A model generated the notes under the pieces. The model was given only the letters and a program-made list of their open reading frames with translations, was not told the DNA's origin and ran no database searches. A DNA stretch of 64,000 nucleotides from Macrostomum hystrix (Eukaryota; Animalia; Platyhelminthes), in contig CATNEN010000007.1 of assembly GCA_950097015.1 (NCBI GenBank), forward strand, positions 6,200,001 through 6,264,000, written 5' to 3'. This document shows, piece after piece, positions 28,201 to 40,272 of the stretch. Position numbers and translations under genes: made by a program. Numbering within the stretch: the first letter of the stretch is position 1; each line of letters opens with the position of its first letter.

Positions 28201-30106
28201 CCCACTTTCCCCTTTCGTCTGTTTCCACACTCCTGCTTTCCCCTCTATTTACCATCTCAGTACTTATCTTTCGCATCTGCCTGTTTTCCTTATCTCTTTG
28301 TCTCTCCCAATTCTCTCTCCCCTCTCTCAGTTGTTAAAAATGCTCCTGCTCAGCGGTATCCGCTCTCCAGCTGTGCGGGCCCCATCACAGCCGAGGTCAA
28401 GTGCGGTCGCCAGCTTGCTTCATAAGTAGTTTTATTTAAGTAGGCTCTACTACAATGTTTTCTGCTAAAGAATCTGATGAGTTTTTATGCAAATCAAGAA
28501 GCAACCCAGACAGCACTCAAGCCAGAGAGTGGGTAAATCGATGACCGAATCGATGCTACGCGCGACTTAAAAAATCTGAGATCAATATCGGCTTTTTCTA
28601 TGATGCAACAACCTCAAGTCTGGTATTTTTCTGCCTCGATTAATCACAGGCTTCTCCTCAGCCAGCCTGGCGTCAATGTGAACCGCGTCACCGAGCAGGG
28701 CAGCTGCCTGCACATGACCGCCTTCTATGGCCACGTCGAGGCCACCAAACTGCTGCTTGAGGTGAGCCAGCTGGAAGACACACGCAGATAGATGGACTAG
28801 ACAGGCAGATAGATGGACTAGACAGGCCAGATAGATGGACTAGACAGGCAGATAGATGGACTAGACAGGCCAGATAGATGGACTAGACAGGCCAGATAGA
28901 TGGACTAGACAGGCAGATAGATGGACTAGACAGGCCAGATAGATGGACTAGACAGGCAGATAGATGGACTAGACAGGCAGATAGATGCAATAAATAGGCA
29001 GATAGATGGAATAGACAGGCAGATAGATGGAATAGACAGGCAGATAGATGGAATAGACAGGCAGATAGATGGAATAGACAGGCAGATAGATGGAATAGAC
29101 AGGCAGATGATGGAAAAGACAGGCAGATAGATGGAATAGACAGGCAGATGATGGAATAGACAGGCAGATAGATGGAATAGACAGGCAGATAGATGGAATA
29201 GACAGGCAGATAGATGGAATAGACAGGCAGATAGATGGAATAGACAGGCAGATGATGGAATAGACAGGCAGATGATGGAATAGACAGGCAGATAGATGGA
29301 ATAGACAGGCAGATAGATGGAATAGACAGGCCGATAGATGGAATAGACAGGCAGATAGATGGAATAGACAGGCAGATGATGGAATAGACAGGCAGATAGA
29401 TGGAATAGACAGGCAGATAGATGGAATAGACAGGCAGATAGATGGAATAGACAGGCAGATAGATGGAATAGACAGGCAGATAGATGGAATAGACAGGCAG
29501 ATAGATGGAATAGACAGGCAGATAGATGGAATAGACAGGCAGATGATGGAATAGACAGGCAGATGATGGAATAGGCAGTCGTTCAAATATATTTTGTAGT
29601 GTGAGTTGTGTTAATATGTTAGTACGTCGTATATGTTCCGCTTTGCTTTATGTGTAAACAACGTTAACTTTATTCTTAATTATCTTTTGCTCTTAACTTT
29701 CAGCCTGCTTGTTTGGGCATGGCAACTAAATTCTGTCCTTCCTGTTCAACAGATGCTTGTTATCTAGCTTGGTATTGAAGCAGTTTGCATTAAATTAACC
29801 TAAAGCAATGCCGGGTAGTTCACTGGACCATAGAATTTTAGTTGCCAGGCGGGTTGTGCCTATTTCTAGTACGTAACAATCTAGGAATTGTTTTTTATTC
29901 GGAGCATTTTTCATTTGTACAGTCAAGGCATGTGAGTAGTCATTTAAATTAGCTTCGACCTAATTGACCTTAAACCTCTGGCTGGCTTTTTTATTTGAAT
30001 TCAGCTTAATAGGAAAGATTGGCACTTGTGCTCCAGACACTACATTTGACTCCATATTAGATAACACGTGCTTCTCATTCATTCTGTTTGAGTTTGTAGA
30101 AATGTG

Positions 30107-30143
<37 letters not shown>

Positions 30144-30262
30144 ATGACTAAGCCCCGTTGCAATCTGTTAGTGCACACCTATTTAGGCATTTACAAGTGT
30201 GTGTTTTTTTGTTGAAGAAAATAACTTGCCACTCAAAGGCAATCGAGAAAAAAAGCAACTAC

Positions 30263-30301
<39 letters not shown>

Positions 30302-33300
30302 GGGTTATTGGGCATTGGCTGGCCAACTTATAACAAAGCTAACAGTAATTAGCTAGCACGCCAAGTACGTCTGTGTTAGCTAGCCTTATTTGAGCATATC
30401 CGACAGTAAATTATTCAACTATCTTCTCCAATCTAGCCCTAGTGCTGAATGCTTGCCGCTGATATGAGACTGTACTCAACTTGGAATATGTTTATTTCGA
30501 TCTCAGTTAAATAGTTGGTACATATAATTCGGTGAAATAAGAGAGCTTCTATAGTGATCGCACAGCTCATAGAAATTATGGAGCCAGATGCTGGCGAACT
30601 GGACCTCAGCACGCTGCCGCCTCCTCCGCCGCATTTCTTTGAAGACTATGAGGATTATAACGGCAATAGTCAGGTTGCTGGGCAGTTTTATAGTTCATAT
30701 GTGAGAATACTGTGCTCAGTGTTTTAACTGTAGTCAATTCAAATATTTGCTTTTTTCTTGAATAACTAATTAACCTCTATCAGTTCTAATTTGAGAACAT
30801 GAAACGCTTCATCATTGCAGCAAGGCATCGACCCCAGTTTGAAGAACGCCCACGGCCGCACAGCCAAGGAGGTCATCTCGAGGGACACGCCGTTTGCTCG
30901 CGACCTGCACCAGGTTCTGTTTGGTGAGGCTCGCTTTGCTTGCACTTCTGATTTGTACTTTTGAATCGTTTCCTTGCCTTCTTTCAGTAGCCATCTGCTC
31001 CTATCTCCGTGCTTTTAGTAAACATTTAAACACTTTGCACGGTCTTCTAATAGCCATTTCACCTCTTTTCAAACTCTCTTAGTGGCTGTTTAACCTGCTC
31101 TATACAGTGTATTCTAGTAGCCCTTTAAACCCATCTTTTCTGTCTTCTAGTAGCCATTTCAGTGCATCTTTTCAGTGTCTTCTAGTAGCCATTTCACCCC
31201 ATCTTTTCAGTGTCTTCTAGTAGCCATTTCACCCCATCTTTTCAGTGTCTTCTAGTAGCCATTTCACCGCATCTTTTCAGTGTCTTCTAGTAGCCATTTC
31301 ACCCCATCTTTTCAGTGTCTTCTAGTAGTCATTTCACCGCATCTTTTCAGTGTCTTCTAGTAGCCATTTCACCCCATCTTTTCAGTGTCTTCTAGTAGTC
31401 ATTTCACCGCATCTTTTCAGTGTCTTCTAGTAGCCATTTCACCCCATCTTTTCAGTGTCTTCTAGTAGCCGTTTCACCGCATCTTTTCAGTGTCTTCTAG
31501 TAGCCGTTTCACCGCATCTTTTCAGTGTCTTCTAGTAGCCATTTCACCCCATCTTTTCAGTGTCTTCTAGTAGCCGTTTCACTGCATCTTTTCAGTGTCT
31601 TCTAGTAGCCATTTCACCCCATCTTTTCAGTGTCTTCTAGTAGCCATTTCACCCCATCTTTTCAGTGTCTTCTAGTAGCCATTTCACGCCCGTTTTTCTC
31701 AGTCACTTAGTGTTCGAAATTTAAAATTTTAAGTGCTTATAAGCGAGTCAATTTGCCTGCCAGAGTAAGCTCAAGTGGGATTAACTATACTCAGCATATG
31801 TTTGTCCAGTTTCAGGCAGTTTATAACAGATTGAGTTGCTTTTGAACTGAGCAGCAAAAGCTTCTCAAAAATTTTATTTGCTTATTTACTTGTCCCTTTA
31901 TCTTGGATTGTGGCTTTCAGGTTCATTTGAGGTCGCGACAGTTCGCACTCTTCGGGTCAAGAATTCGTATTACTTTAAATTATGAAGTACAAGCCTCTTA
32001 TATGCATCTTTTAAAAAGTTGATACAATGTCACTGCACCATTTTTGTGTTGCACTTTTTCCAACGGATTGAAAAGTCCAACTGAAAATTTTCGCCGCATT
32101 TTTTCAGAGGAAGAGAAAGAATGTGCGAGAAAGTGGGACATTGTTCGTCTAACAAATCTGGCGTCTGGCTTCCCATTAGCTGGTGTTTTTCTTTTCATCC
32201 CATGCATTTCGGGGTGCGTCTCTATAAAACCTTTTCCCCTTCTGGTCGTCGCACCTGTCCAAGCATTTCGCGACAGCTCATTCTTCCATTCCGATATGTA
32301 TCGAAATATTTCTCTGCCTCATCGTCGCCGCCTCGCCGTTGCATTTCATAATTCAGAGCGAATGTCAGCCGTAGCCGCCGTAGCCGTCCGTGACTTCTGC
32401 AACCTCGCCGACCCGCGCAGCATCGCCTTCCGCTGCGGCGAACACCTGACTGTGCTGGAGCGCGCCGGCGACACCTGGAAGGGCTACGTCACGAGGGAGG
32501 GTCTGTCCAGAGCTGGCTATTTCCCCTGCTCCACTGTCCGGCTGCTCGAGAATCAGCATCAGCAGCAGCAGCGCCAGGAGCCGGCTCAATCAGCGCCACT
32601 CGCGCCAACCTGCCTACCAGACGGCCTGATGCAATGCGGCATTCCACAGCCGCCAAACTCGGCGGCACCGGCCAGCGTAGCCGTATCGCCTACCAGCGGC
32701 TGCAATAATCGGAACAGCGCTGCCAGTCTGGACAGCGGCCGGAGCAGCGCCCACACTGCCACCAGCTCCGACACCAGGGTTAGAGATTGAAATTGTTCTC
32801 CTAATTGTCTCCTCTCGTTCATCCTATCTATCCCGCTTAGTCCCCGCTTCTCTCAACTCACTGTTTTAGAGCGCCTTTGCTATTGCTGCTCACGGTTGCT
32901 CGCCGGCGACCACGGCTGCTGGCTCAGCTGCTTCCGCCTCGTGCGCCGCCTCGCCGCCCGTTGCTAACGCCGCCATCCAGGCGGGAGTCGCAGCCGCCGC
33001 TGTTCACGGCTCAGTAGACTCTGGCCTCGGCCCGCACCGCCAGAGCATGGTGAGCACCTGCTCATCCGGCAGTTTAGGCAGCCTGCCAGACGACAACAGC
33101 TCGGCGGCCTCGGTTAGTTCCGGCGAGCTGCAGCAGCAGCAGATGGTCTGGCTTCGCGAGGACTGGCGCTGCCTGACCCCCAGCCAGCATCTGCACCGTT
33201 TCCTGGACTGGTGCCAGCTGGGCTGCTACCAGCGCTGCATTGAAGAGGCCGGCTACGATCTGGCCACCCTCGTCCGCTGCACGCCGGAGGATTTAAACGC

Positions 33301-36191
33301 CGCCGGCGTGACGAATCCGCGCCACCGGAAGCGGCTGCGCACCGAGCTGGGACGCCTTGGCCAGGCCATGCAGGCCGGTGCTGCGCCCTGCGGCCTCCCA
33401 GACCCGGTGGAGGACGCCGCCTGCCTGCCCGTGGATGCCGATGTGACCGAATTCTGTCGCCGGCTTGGACTGCCCGACTCTGCGATCGTTTGTCTACGGC
33501 GGGCCGGCTTTCAGCTGGCTAGGGATCTGGGCCAGACCGCTTGGGAGGATCTGGAAGAGATTGGCATCACTCGCCTTGGTGAGGGAAAATGCAATGTCGT
33601 GTTCGAAATTGTCCACATTCTTAGCTGTCCACTGAAATCCTTGTTCCTGTCCACTGAAATCCTTGTTCCTGTCCACTGAAATCCTTGTTCCTATGCACTG
33701 AAATCCTTGTTCCTGTCCACTGAAATCTTTGTTTCTGTCCACTTTAATTATTGTTTCAATCCATTGAAAGTCATGCACCTGCCCTTTAACAGCCATATTC
33801 CTGTCCACTGACGACCATTTTCCTGTCCACTGACAGCCATGTTCCTGTCCACTGATAGTAATGTACCTGTCCACTGACTCTCATTGTTTTGTAGTTTGCT
33901 CTTAGTTTTTTGCTTCCATCGAAATAAAAGATCGAGTCTGTTTGAAAACTTTGCAGGCCATCAAAAGAAGCTGATGCTGGCGATCGATCGCCTACGAAGG
34001 CCTAGGTATCGGCCAGAGGGCGAGCAGCAGCAGCCGTCAGATCAGCAGGGCACTCTGCGCAGGCAGTCAGCCAAGCACACTGTGTCCTGCGGCACCTGCA
34101 CGAGCACAGACTTGGTGCCGCAGCCGGATCCGTTTCTTGCTGGTAAGCGCGATGGCGGGGCCGATATGTTGTGAAAAATGCATTAGAAGTTCTATGCTAA
34201 ACTGTGTTGTAAATAAATTTATATATGATTTGTTGTGTTTTTATTAGGACTTTTTCTTTTCTCATTTGAGTAATTGCACAACCAGTGGCACCGCTGCAGC
34301 TATTGCTTGGCGCTTCCAAAGGCTGTATACATCTGTTTAGTCCATGGACTCAGGGTCCGAGCCACCACACGCGCCCAAATTTCTATCCGTTATAATGCTT
34401 GGTAAACTGCAGCACTAGGCAATTGGGCAATCTCAGTCAACTGTACATAGCTTCAACCGCTGGGCTAGAAGCTGCCTAGTGGCGTCTCTCGCATTTCAAA
34501 ATTCTTGACAATAGAAAGACACACGGGACGGGTGGTATTTCAAAAACCCTATTTTTTCTGTATCTCCCTTATAATTAAACTAATCGCCCTTAAAATCCTG
34601 TTCATAGACCATTCAAAACATTTTCCGATCTATCCGATGAAACAACTTCCAGAATCACGAAACATCGCCATCGTCGAGATATTCAACGGTTCTCGTCGGG
34701 GTATCTGGTGGCAAAATCCATCAATATAGGCATAAGTTTGTGCTAAATAAATTTCATCATAGAACCATGTCGGCTATACGCTCGTATAGTTTACTATTGT
34801 CAAGTCGCCGTAGAGGTTCATACAGAGCAATGACAGTTGGCCTTGTCACCAGTGTCTTCGATAGGAATCGCTGAATATCTCGACGATGCTGATGTCGGTA
34901 GGCTTAGAAAGTTAGTTCATTCTAAAGGGCGGAAATTTTGACCTATATTGTGAACTTATACGAAAATCGGTCACATGGTTTGGGGAGCTATTGTGAAGTA
35001 GGCAGTTGGGGGAAAATTGCGTATCTTTCTACTGTAAATGAAATTTAGTCGTTAAAACGGATATTGACACTCAGCTCTACTGCTAGTAGACTATCTCGAT
35101 CTAATAATAAACTGTGGCCCCGATTTACAGTTGAGTCGCCGCAGCATCAGCCGCCGCAGTCGCCGCCGCAGCCGTCGTGTCACGCGCGCAGCCTCAGCGG
35201 CGCCAAGCCTGTGGCCAAAGTCCTCGGCCGCCCGATTCCCGTCGCTGTGCCGGAGGTGCCGCTGGCGTCAATACAGCAACAGCAGCAGCCGCCGCCGCCG
35301 ACGCCGCAACGTGGGGCGCCGCCACCTCCACCCAAGCGAATCACGTCTGTTCGCCGCTGCTCCGGCGACGCCAGCGGCGGCTCCGTGACGCCGTGCGCTT
35401 CGCCGACAACCACGCCTAGGCATCAGGCCAGCGGCGGGCAGCGGCCGCCGGCCTACGAGAACGCCGCCGCCCTGGCCGACTCGCCGGCCCTCGCCCGGCT
35501 GGCAGCCGCCGCCTCCGCCATCCCCTTCGCCAACGAAGACTGCGGCACGATTCGGCACAAGCCGGCCAGCGCTTCCATCGCCGCCGCTGTCGCCTCGCCG
35601 CAGCTGGGCAGGGCGGCCATGTTTCAGCAGCACCGGCAGCAGCAACTTCAGCTGCAGCAGCAGCAGCACCTGCCGGCTTCGCCAGCCTTTGCCAGGTGGG
35701 CAGTCAATTAAGGGCCAGTTGCACTGAGCCTGCTCAAAAGTTTATGCAGTTTAGTCTCATTGGCTGTGAAATTCCATAGCTGGAAAGAAAATAAATTTTC
35801 TATTTTAATACACCTGAAATATTTCAGGAGCAAACATCTTCAGAAACAGAAAACTTCAGGGGCTCAAAATTTCACTCTGTATGCAAACTAATTTTACGAG
35901 TGAACTTTTGGCTGATCGAAACGGCCAAATAACATTTTACCGAACTACTTCCAGTAGTAAGTAGTCCTGTCCTCTAAATTATTGTCTCAAATATCTTCCT
36001 CCGTCGCGTCGAGCAGGCGCGTCGCTGCCAGTCATCAGCAGCCCGGCTCCGCGCAGCCGACGCCAACTCGACGGGTGCTGCAGCCGCCGCCGCCGCGCGA
36101 CGACCCGGCCTCCAATCTGGACGATATCTGCGGCATGCTGTCGGAGCTGCAGTGCATCCTGGACAAGGAGCTGCGGGAGCATCAGGCCTGA
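19206..36191 (+). CDS. CASKIN: Caskin-like scaffold protein (ankyrin repeats, SH3, tandem SAM, Pro-rich region, C-terminal Caskin motif), about 1004 aa, 13 exons
   Basis: Exons with GT-AG ends and consistent phases: 19206-19365, 20166-20223, 24370-24467, 25664-25809, 25907-26002, 27622-27806, 28650-28761, 30821-30923, 32357-32778, 32870-33578, 33957-34142, 35131-35695, 36017-36191 (3015 nt). Ankyrin motifs SALHQAAFNG, RPLHVASFQG, TPLHLACQAG, ACEFGR, CLHLAAKNGH. SH3 AVRDFCN...WKG...GYFP. SAM1 AGYDL...TPEDL...HRKRL. SAM2 [22 protein letters not shown]. Also IPFANEDCGTIR and C-terminal LDDICGMLSEL. An in-frame upstream ATG at 18960 could add 82 aa. Confidence 0.92.
19405..20123. repeat. 23-bp intronic minisatellite (CTCTCTGTTCTTGTCTGTCCTAA)n, Caskin intron 1
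   Basis: About 30 units filling most of the 800-bp intron. Confidence 0.95.
20468..20955. repeat. 22-bp intronic minisatellite (TATCTGCCTCTATCAATATAGA)n
   Basis: Tandem units; variant switch from TCATTCTAGA to TCAATATAGA near 20620. Confidence 0.95.
21711..21866. repeat. 23-bp minisatellite (GAGCAATCTACTTAAGATCCCAT)n
   Basis: About 7 units. Confidence 0.9.
24495..25117. repeat. 21-bp intronic minisatellite (GGGTAATGGACTGGATGGTTG)n, degenerating toward the 3' end
   Basis: Starts about 25 bp after the exon 3 donor. Confidence 0.92.
26008..27572. repeat. Bipartite 35-bp/34-bp minisatellite filling Caskin intron 5
   Basis: (CTACTTCTGATTTCATGCTTTGACTCTAGATTGAC)n to ~26510, then (CTACTTCTGATTGGTTATGTGGGTCAAGATTGAC)n. 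Confidence 0.96.
28787..29577. repeat. 21-bp intronic minisatellite (GATAGATGGAATAGACAGGCA)n
   Basis: Starts about 25 bp after the exon 7 donor. Confidence 0.95.
30110..30299. repeat. (CTG)n at ~30110-30140 and (GA)n at ~30264-30299 microsatellites
   Basis: Directly visible. Confidence 0.9.
30578..30673 (+). CDS. Putative alternative first coding exon of Caskin (MEPDAGELDLSTLPPPPPHFFEDYEDYNGNSQ)
   Basis: ATG-initiated 32-codon GC-rich island in AT-rich intron 7. Ends CAG|GT in phase 0, matching the phase-0 acceptor at 30821. Confidence 0.55.
31110..31687. repeat. 35-bp intronic minisatellite (ATCTTTTCAGTGTCTTCTAGTAGCCATTTCACCCC)n
   Basis: About 16 units. Confidence 0.95.
33625..33878. repeat. 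22-bp degenerate intronic minisatellite (CTGTCCACTGAAATCCTTGTTC)n
   Basis: Lies in the intron that splits SAM2. Confidence 0.88.
34552..34950. mobile_element. Palindromic non-autonomous (MITE/foldback-like) element in Caskin intron 11
   Basis: 34663-34714 and 34843-34894 are imperfect inverted repeats (CATCGTCGAGATATTC / GAATATCTCGACGATG). The left arm has a second copy at ~17735-17930. Confidence 0.6.
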
Positions 36192-36825
36192 GCCGGACCC
36201 CACCTGCATTCTGTGCTGCTGCTGACACACAAGCTGCTCTGTGTATTTATTGATCATTTGAAGCTGGCAGCAGTGGTCGAGTTCGCTTGTCTCTGTTGTT
36301 CCTTTATTGCCGCAATGCACCTACAGTAGTGTTTCAGTATGCATCAGCACATATTTAATGCTCTATTTATTCGTTTATATGTTTATTTATTTGAATCTGT
36401 ATATACAAAGTGAGCTTTTATTGGCTAAAGGAACCGTTTATTTATTTATTTATTCAGTTTTTTCTTAGCTATTGATCTTTTCTGATAAGCAAGTTTATTT
36501 TTTAATTAAACATTGCGTTGCTTTACACACAGCGGTACTTTTAATTAGAAGCAAATTTTTACCTGCCTGCTGTTCGAACGGCAACGAAGATGACCTTTAT
36601 TTGTCCCAGTGCTTTGAGCTCCTATTTAATCACCTGTTCCTATTTGTCTCTACACGGAACTAAATTACTTAATATCGCTTGTTCTCTTAGCCGTCTCATT
36701 TCCTCCATTTTTTGTTTTCGTCATTTGTTTGTTTCCGAGAATTAAAAACATTGATTTTTTTATCGCCCCGTTATGCAAGAATTCGAGAGAATCTATCTGG
36801 ATATCTCAGCTGGCTAAATTCAACT

Positions 36826-39070
36826 ATTTTGATTCGCCGAATTCTTCGATCCATTGAAATATTGGTTTGCCGAATTCTTCGATCCATTGAAATTTTGATT
36901 CGCCCAATTCGTCGATCCATTGAAATATTGGTTTGCCGAATTCTTCGATCCATTGAAATTTTGATTCGCCGAATTCGTCTATCCATTAAGAATTTTGATT
37001 CGCCGAATTCGTCTATCCATTAAGAATTTTGATTCGCCGAATTCGTCTATCCATTAAAATTTTGATTCGCCGAATTCGTCTATCCATTAAGAATTTTGAT
37101 TCGCCGAATTCGTCGATCCATTGAAATTTTGATTCGTCGACTTCGTCTATCCATTGAAATTTTGATTCGTCGAATTCGTCTATCCATTGAAATTTTGATT
37201 CGTCGAATTCGTCGATCCATTGAAATTTTGATTCGTCGAATTCTTCGATCCATTGAAATATTGATTCGCCGAATTCTTCGATCCATTAAAATTTTAATTC
37301 GCCGAATTCGTCTATCCATTGAAATTTTGATTCGCCCAATTCGTCGATCCATTGAAATTTTGGTTTGCCGAATTCTTCGATCCATTGAAATTTTGATTCG
37401 CCGAATTCGTCTATCCATTAAGAATTTTGATTCGCCGAATTCGTCTATCCATTAAGAATTTTGATTCGCCGAATTCGTCTATCCATTAAAATTTTGATTC
37501 GTCGACTTCGTCTATCCATTAAGAATTTTGATTCGCCGAATTCGTCGATCCATTGAAATTTTGATTCGTCGACTTCGTCTATCCATTGAAATTTTGATTC
37601 GTCGAATTCGTCTATCCATTGAAATTTTGATTCGTCGAATTCGTCGATCCATTGAAATTTTGATTCGTCGAATTCTTCGATCCATTGAAATATTGATTCG
37701 CCGAATTCTTCGATCCATTAAAATTTTAATTCGCCGAATTCGTCTATCCATTGAAATTTTGATTCGCCCAATTCGTCGATCCATTGAAATTTTGATTCAC
37801 CGAATTCGTCTATCCATTAAGAATTTTGATTCGCCGAATTCGTCGATCCATTGAAATTTTGATTCGTCGAATTCGTCTATCCATTGAAATTTTGATTCGC
37901 CCAATTCGTCGATCCATTGAAATTTTGATTCACCGAATTCGTCTATCCATTAAGAATTTTGATTCGCCGAATTCGTCGATCCATTGAAATTTTGATTCGT
38001 CGAATTCGTCTATCCATTGAAATTTTGATTCGCCCAATTCGTCGATCCATTGAAATTTTGATTCGTCGAATTCGTCTATCCATTAAGAATTTTGATTCGC
38101 CGAATTCGTCGATCCATTGAAATTTTGATTCGTCGAATTCGTCTATCCATTGAAATTTTGATTCGTCGAATTCGTCGATCCATTGAAATTTTGATTCGTC
38201 GAATTCGTCTATCCCATCAAAGTATTGATTCGCCGAATTCGTCTATTCATTGAAATTTTAATTCGCCGAATTCTTCGATCCGTCGAAATTTTGATTCGCC
38301 GAATTCGTCTATCCATTGAAATTTCGATTCGTCGAATTCGTCTATCCATTAAGAATTTTGATTCGGCGAATTCGTCGATCCATTGAAATTTTAATTCGAC
38401 GAATTCGTCGATCCATTGAAATTTTGATTCGCCGAATTCGTCGATCCATTGAAATTTTGATTCGCCGAATTCGTCGATTCATTGAAATTTTGATTCGCCG
38501 AATTCGTCGATCCATTGAAATTTTGATTCGCCCAATTCGTCGATCCATTGAAATTTTGATTCGTCGAATTCGTCTATCCATTAAGAATTTTGATTCGCCG
38601 AATTCGTCGATCCATTGAAATTTTGATTCGTCGAATTCGTCTATCCATTGAAATTTTGATTCGTCGAATTCGTCGATCCATTGAAATTTTGATTCGTCGA
38701 ATTCGTCTATCCCATCAAAGTATTGATTCGCCGAATTCGTCTATTCATTGAAATTTTAATTCGCCGAATTCTTCGATCCGTCGAAATTTTGATTCGCCGA
38801 ATTCGTCTATCCATTGAAATTTCGATTCGTCGAATTCGTCTATCCATTAAGAATTTTGATTCGGCGAATTCGTCGATCCATTGAAATTTTAATTCGACGA
38901 ATTCGTCGATCCATTGAAATTTTGATTCGCCGAATTCGTCGATCCATTGAAATTTTGATTCGCCGAATTCGTCGATTCATTGAAATTTTGATTCGCCGAA
39001 TTCGTCGATCCATTGAAATATTGATTCGTCGAATTCGTCTATCCCACTAAAGTATTGATTCGCTGAATTC
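36826..39070. repeat. 33-bp minisatellite (ATTTTGATTCGCCGAATTCGTCGATCCATTGAA)n, ~2.2 kb
   Basis: About 68 units, most with an EcoRI site; internal larger duplications visible; source of the IRRIRRSIE ORFs. Confidence 0.96.
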
Positions 39071-40272
39071 TTGTCTCGGGACCAACGCGTTAATATTTGT
39101 CTAAGGAATCGAATACTCGTAGGAACTGATTTAGGCAATTCTCAACCCAATCAACCAGTGAGTGAGCAGCGAACCTGGCACTGCACTTCTTGTCCTTTGC
39201 TCGGCCCAAGGCAGCCGTTTTTGCTTGCTGTGGGTTTATTAAATTCTGCCATTCTATTGCACATGTAATTTTATTACAGCCTTTGAAATTAGTTTAAGAT
39301 TGTCTGATCTGTACATTATTCGTGAATTCAACACTGCTTTATTTGCGCTACGCAACTAAATAATAATGCTGCACTGCCTACTGCCAGCACGATTAATATA
39401 CTACTAACAACTGCGGTCTGCAATGCGCTGAAAGATTCTGTTCCATTTGATTGCTGCACAGAGCGAATATGAGTTTTTTACTTTTCTTTTTAACCAATGC
39501 TTAACCTGCTTAACTATCTCAACATCTGTTCTACTCCACTATCTCCCTTTTTGTCTACTCCACTATCTCCCTTTTATCTACTCCACTATCTCCCTGCCAG
39601 TCGACCCCACTGACTTCCACTGAAGAGACAGTTTTCTGTCTCCCGGTGTCTCTACTCCACCAGTTCCTAGTCCTGGATCTAATCTTATTCTATTTAGCAA
39701 TCTAGTCTCATCAGTTAGTCCCTGTCTCACTTCTTATTTGCGCAGTCAAATTTTTGTTAGAGTCCTTTGTACAGCTGCTCGACACTATTAATCCTATATT
39801 AGCTCATTATGATTGAATTAGTGTCAAATCAGAACTCAAGGGAACAGTTTTTTGGAGCAATTCACTCGCCACAATAATCGCAGCTTGTAAATAGGAAATA
39901 TTTGGTTTCTTCACAAAATTGTTCATTTCGGAACCCTGCAGCCACTGCAGCCGCTTTGTTGTGGCGTGTTTTTTGAATAACGCAAAGTAAACTCACTGTA
40001 CGGACCCCTGAGCGGCAAGCTTGTTTCTTTTTTTGAGAACATTTGAGTCAATTTGAGCTATTGGTGACTCTGTAAGTTCTTTTTCTTTTCCTTACATATA
40101 ATGACAATAATATATGCGTTTGAAATTTGAAATGGTCAAAGAAATATTATACTTCAGAAATAACAGTTACTAAATACACTTTTGCTAATACAATTCAATT
40201 TCAGCTGATTCAACAACCTATTTTGTTACCAAATCCACTCGAAAATAAACAAGCAAACAAAATTAACTAGAT

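Noticed and set aside
27851-28429. 192-aa Leu/Pro/Ser-rich ORF
   Set aside because: A polypyrimidine low-complexity tract within Caskin intron 6.
36712-39050. Arg-rich protamine-like ORFs (IRRIRRSIEIL)
   Set aside because: Products of the 33-bp satellite, present on both strands and broken by frameshifts.
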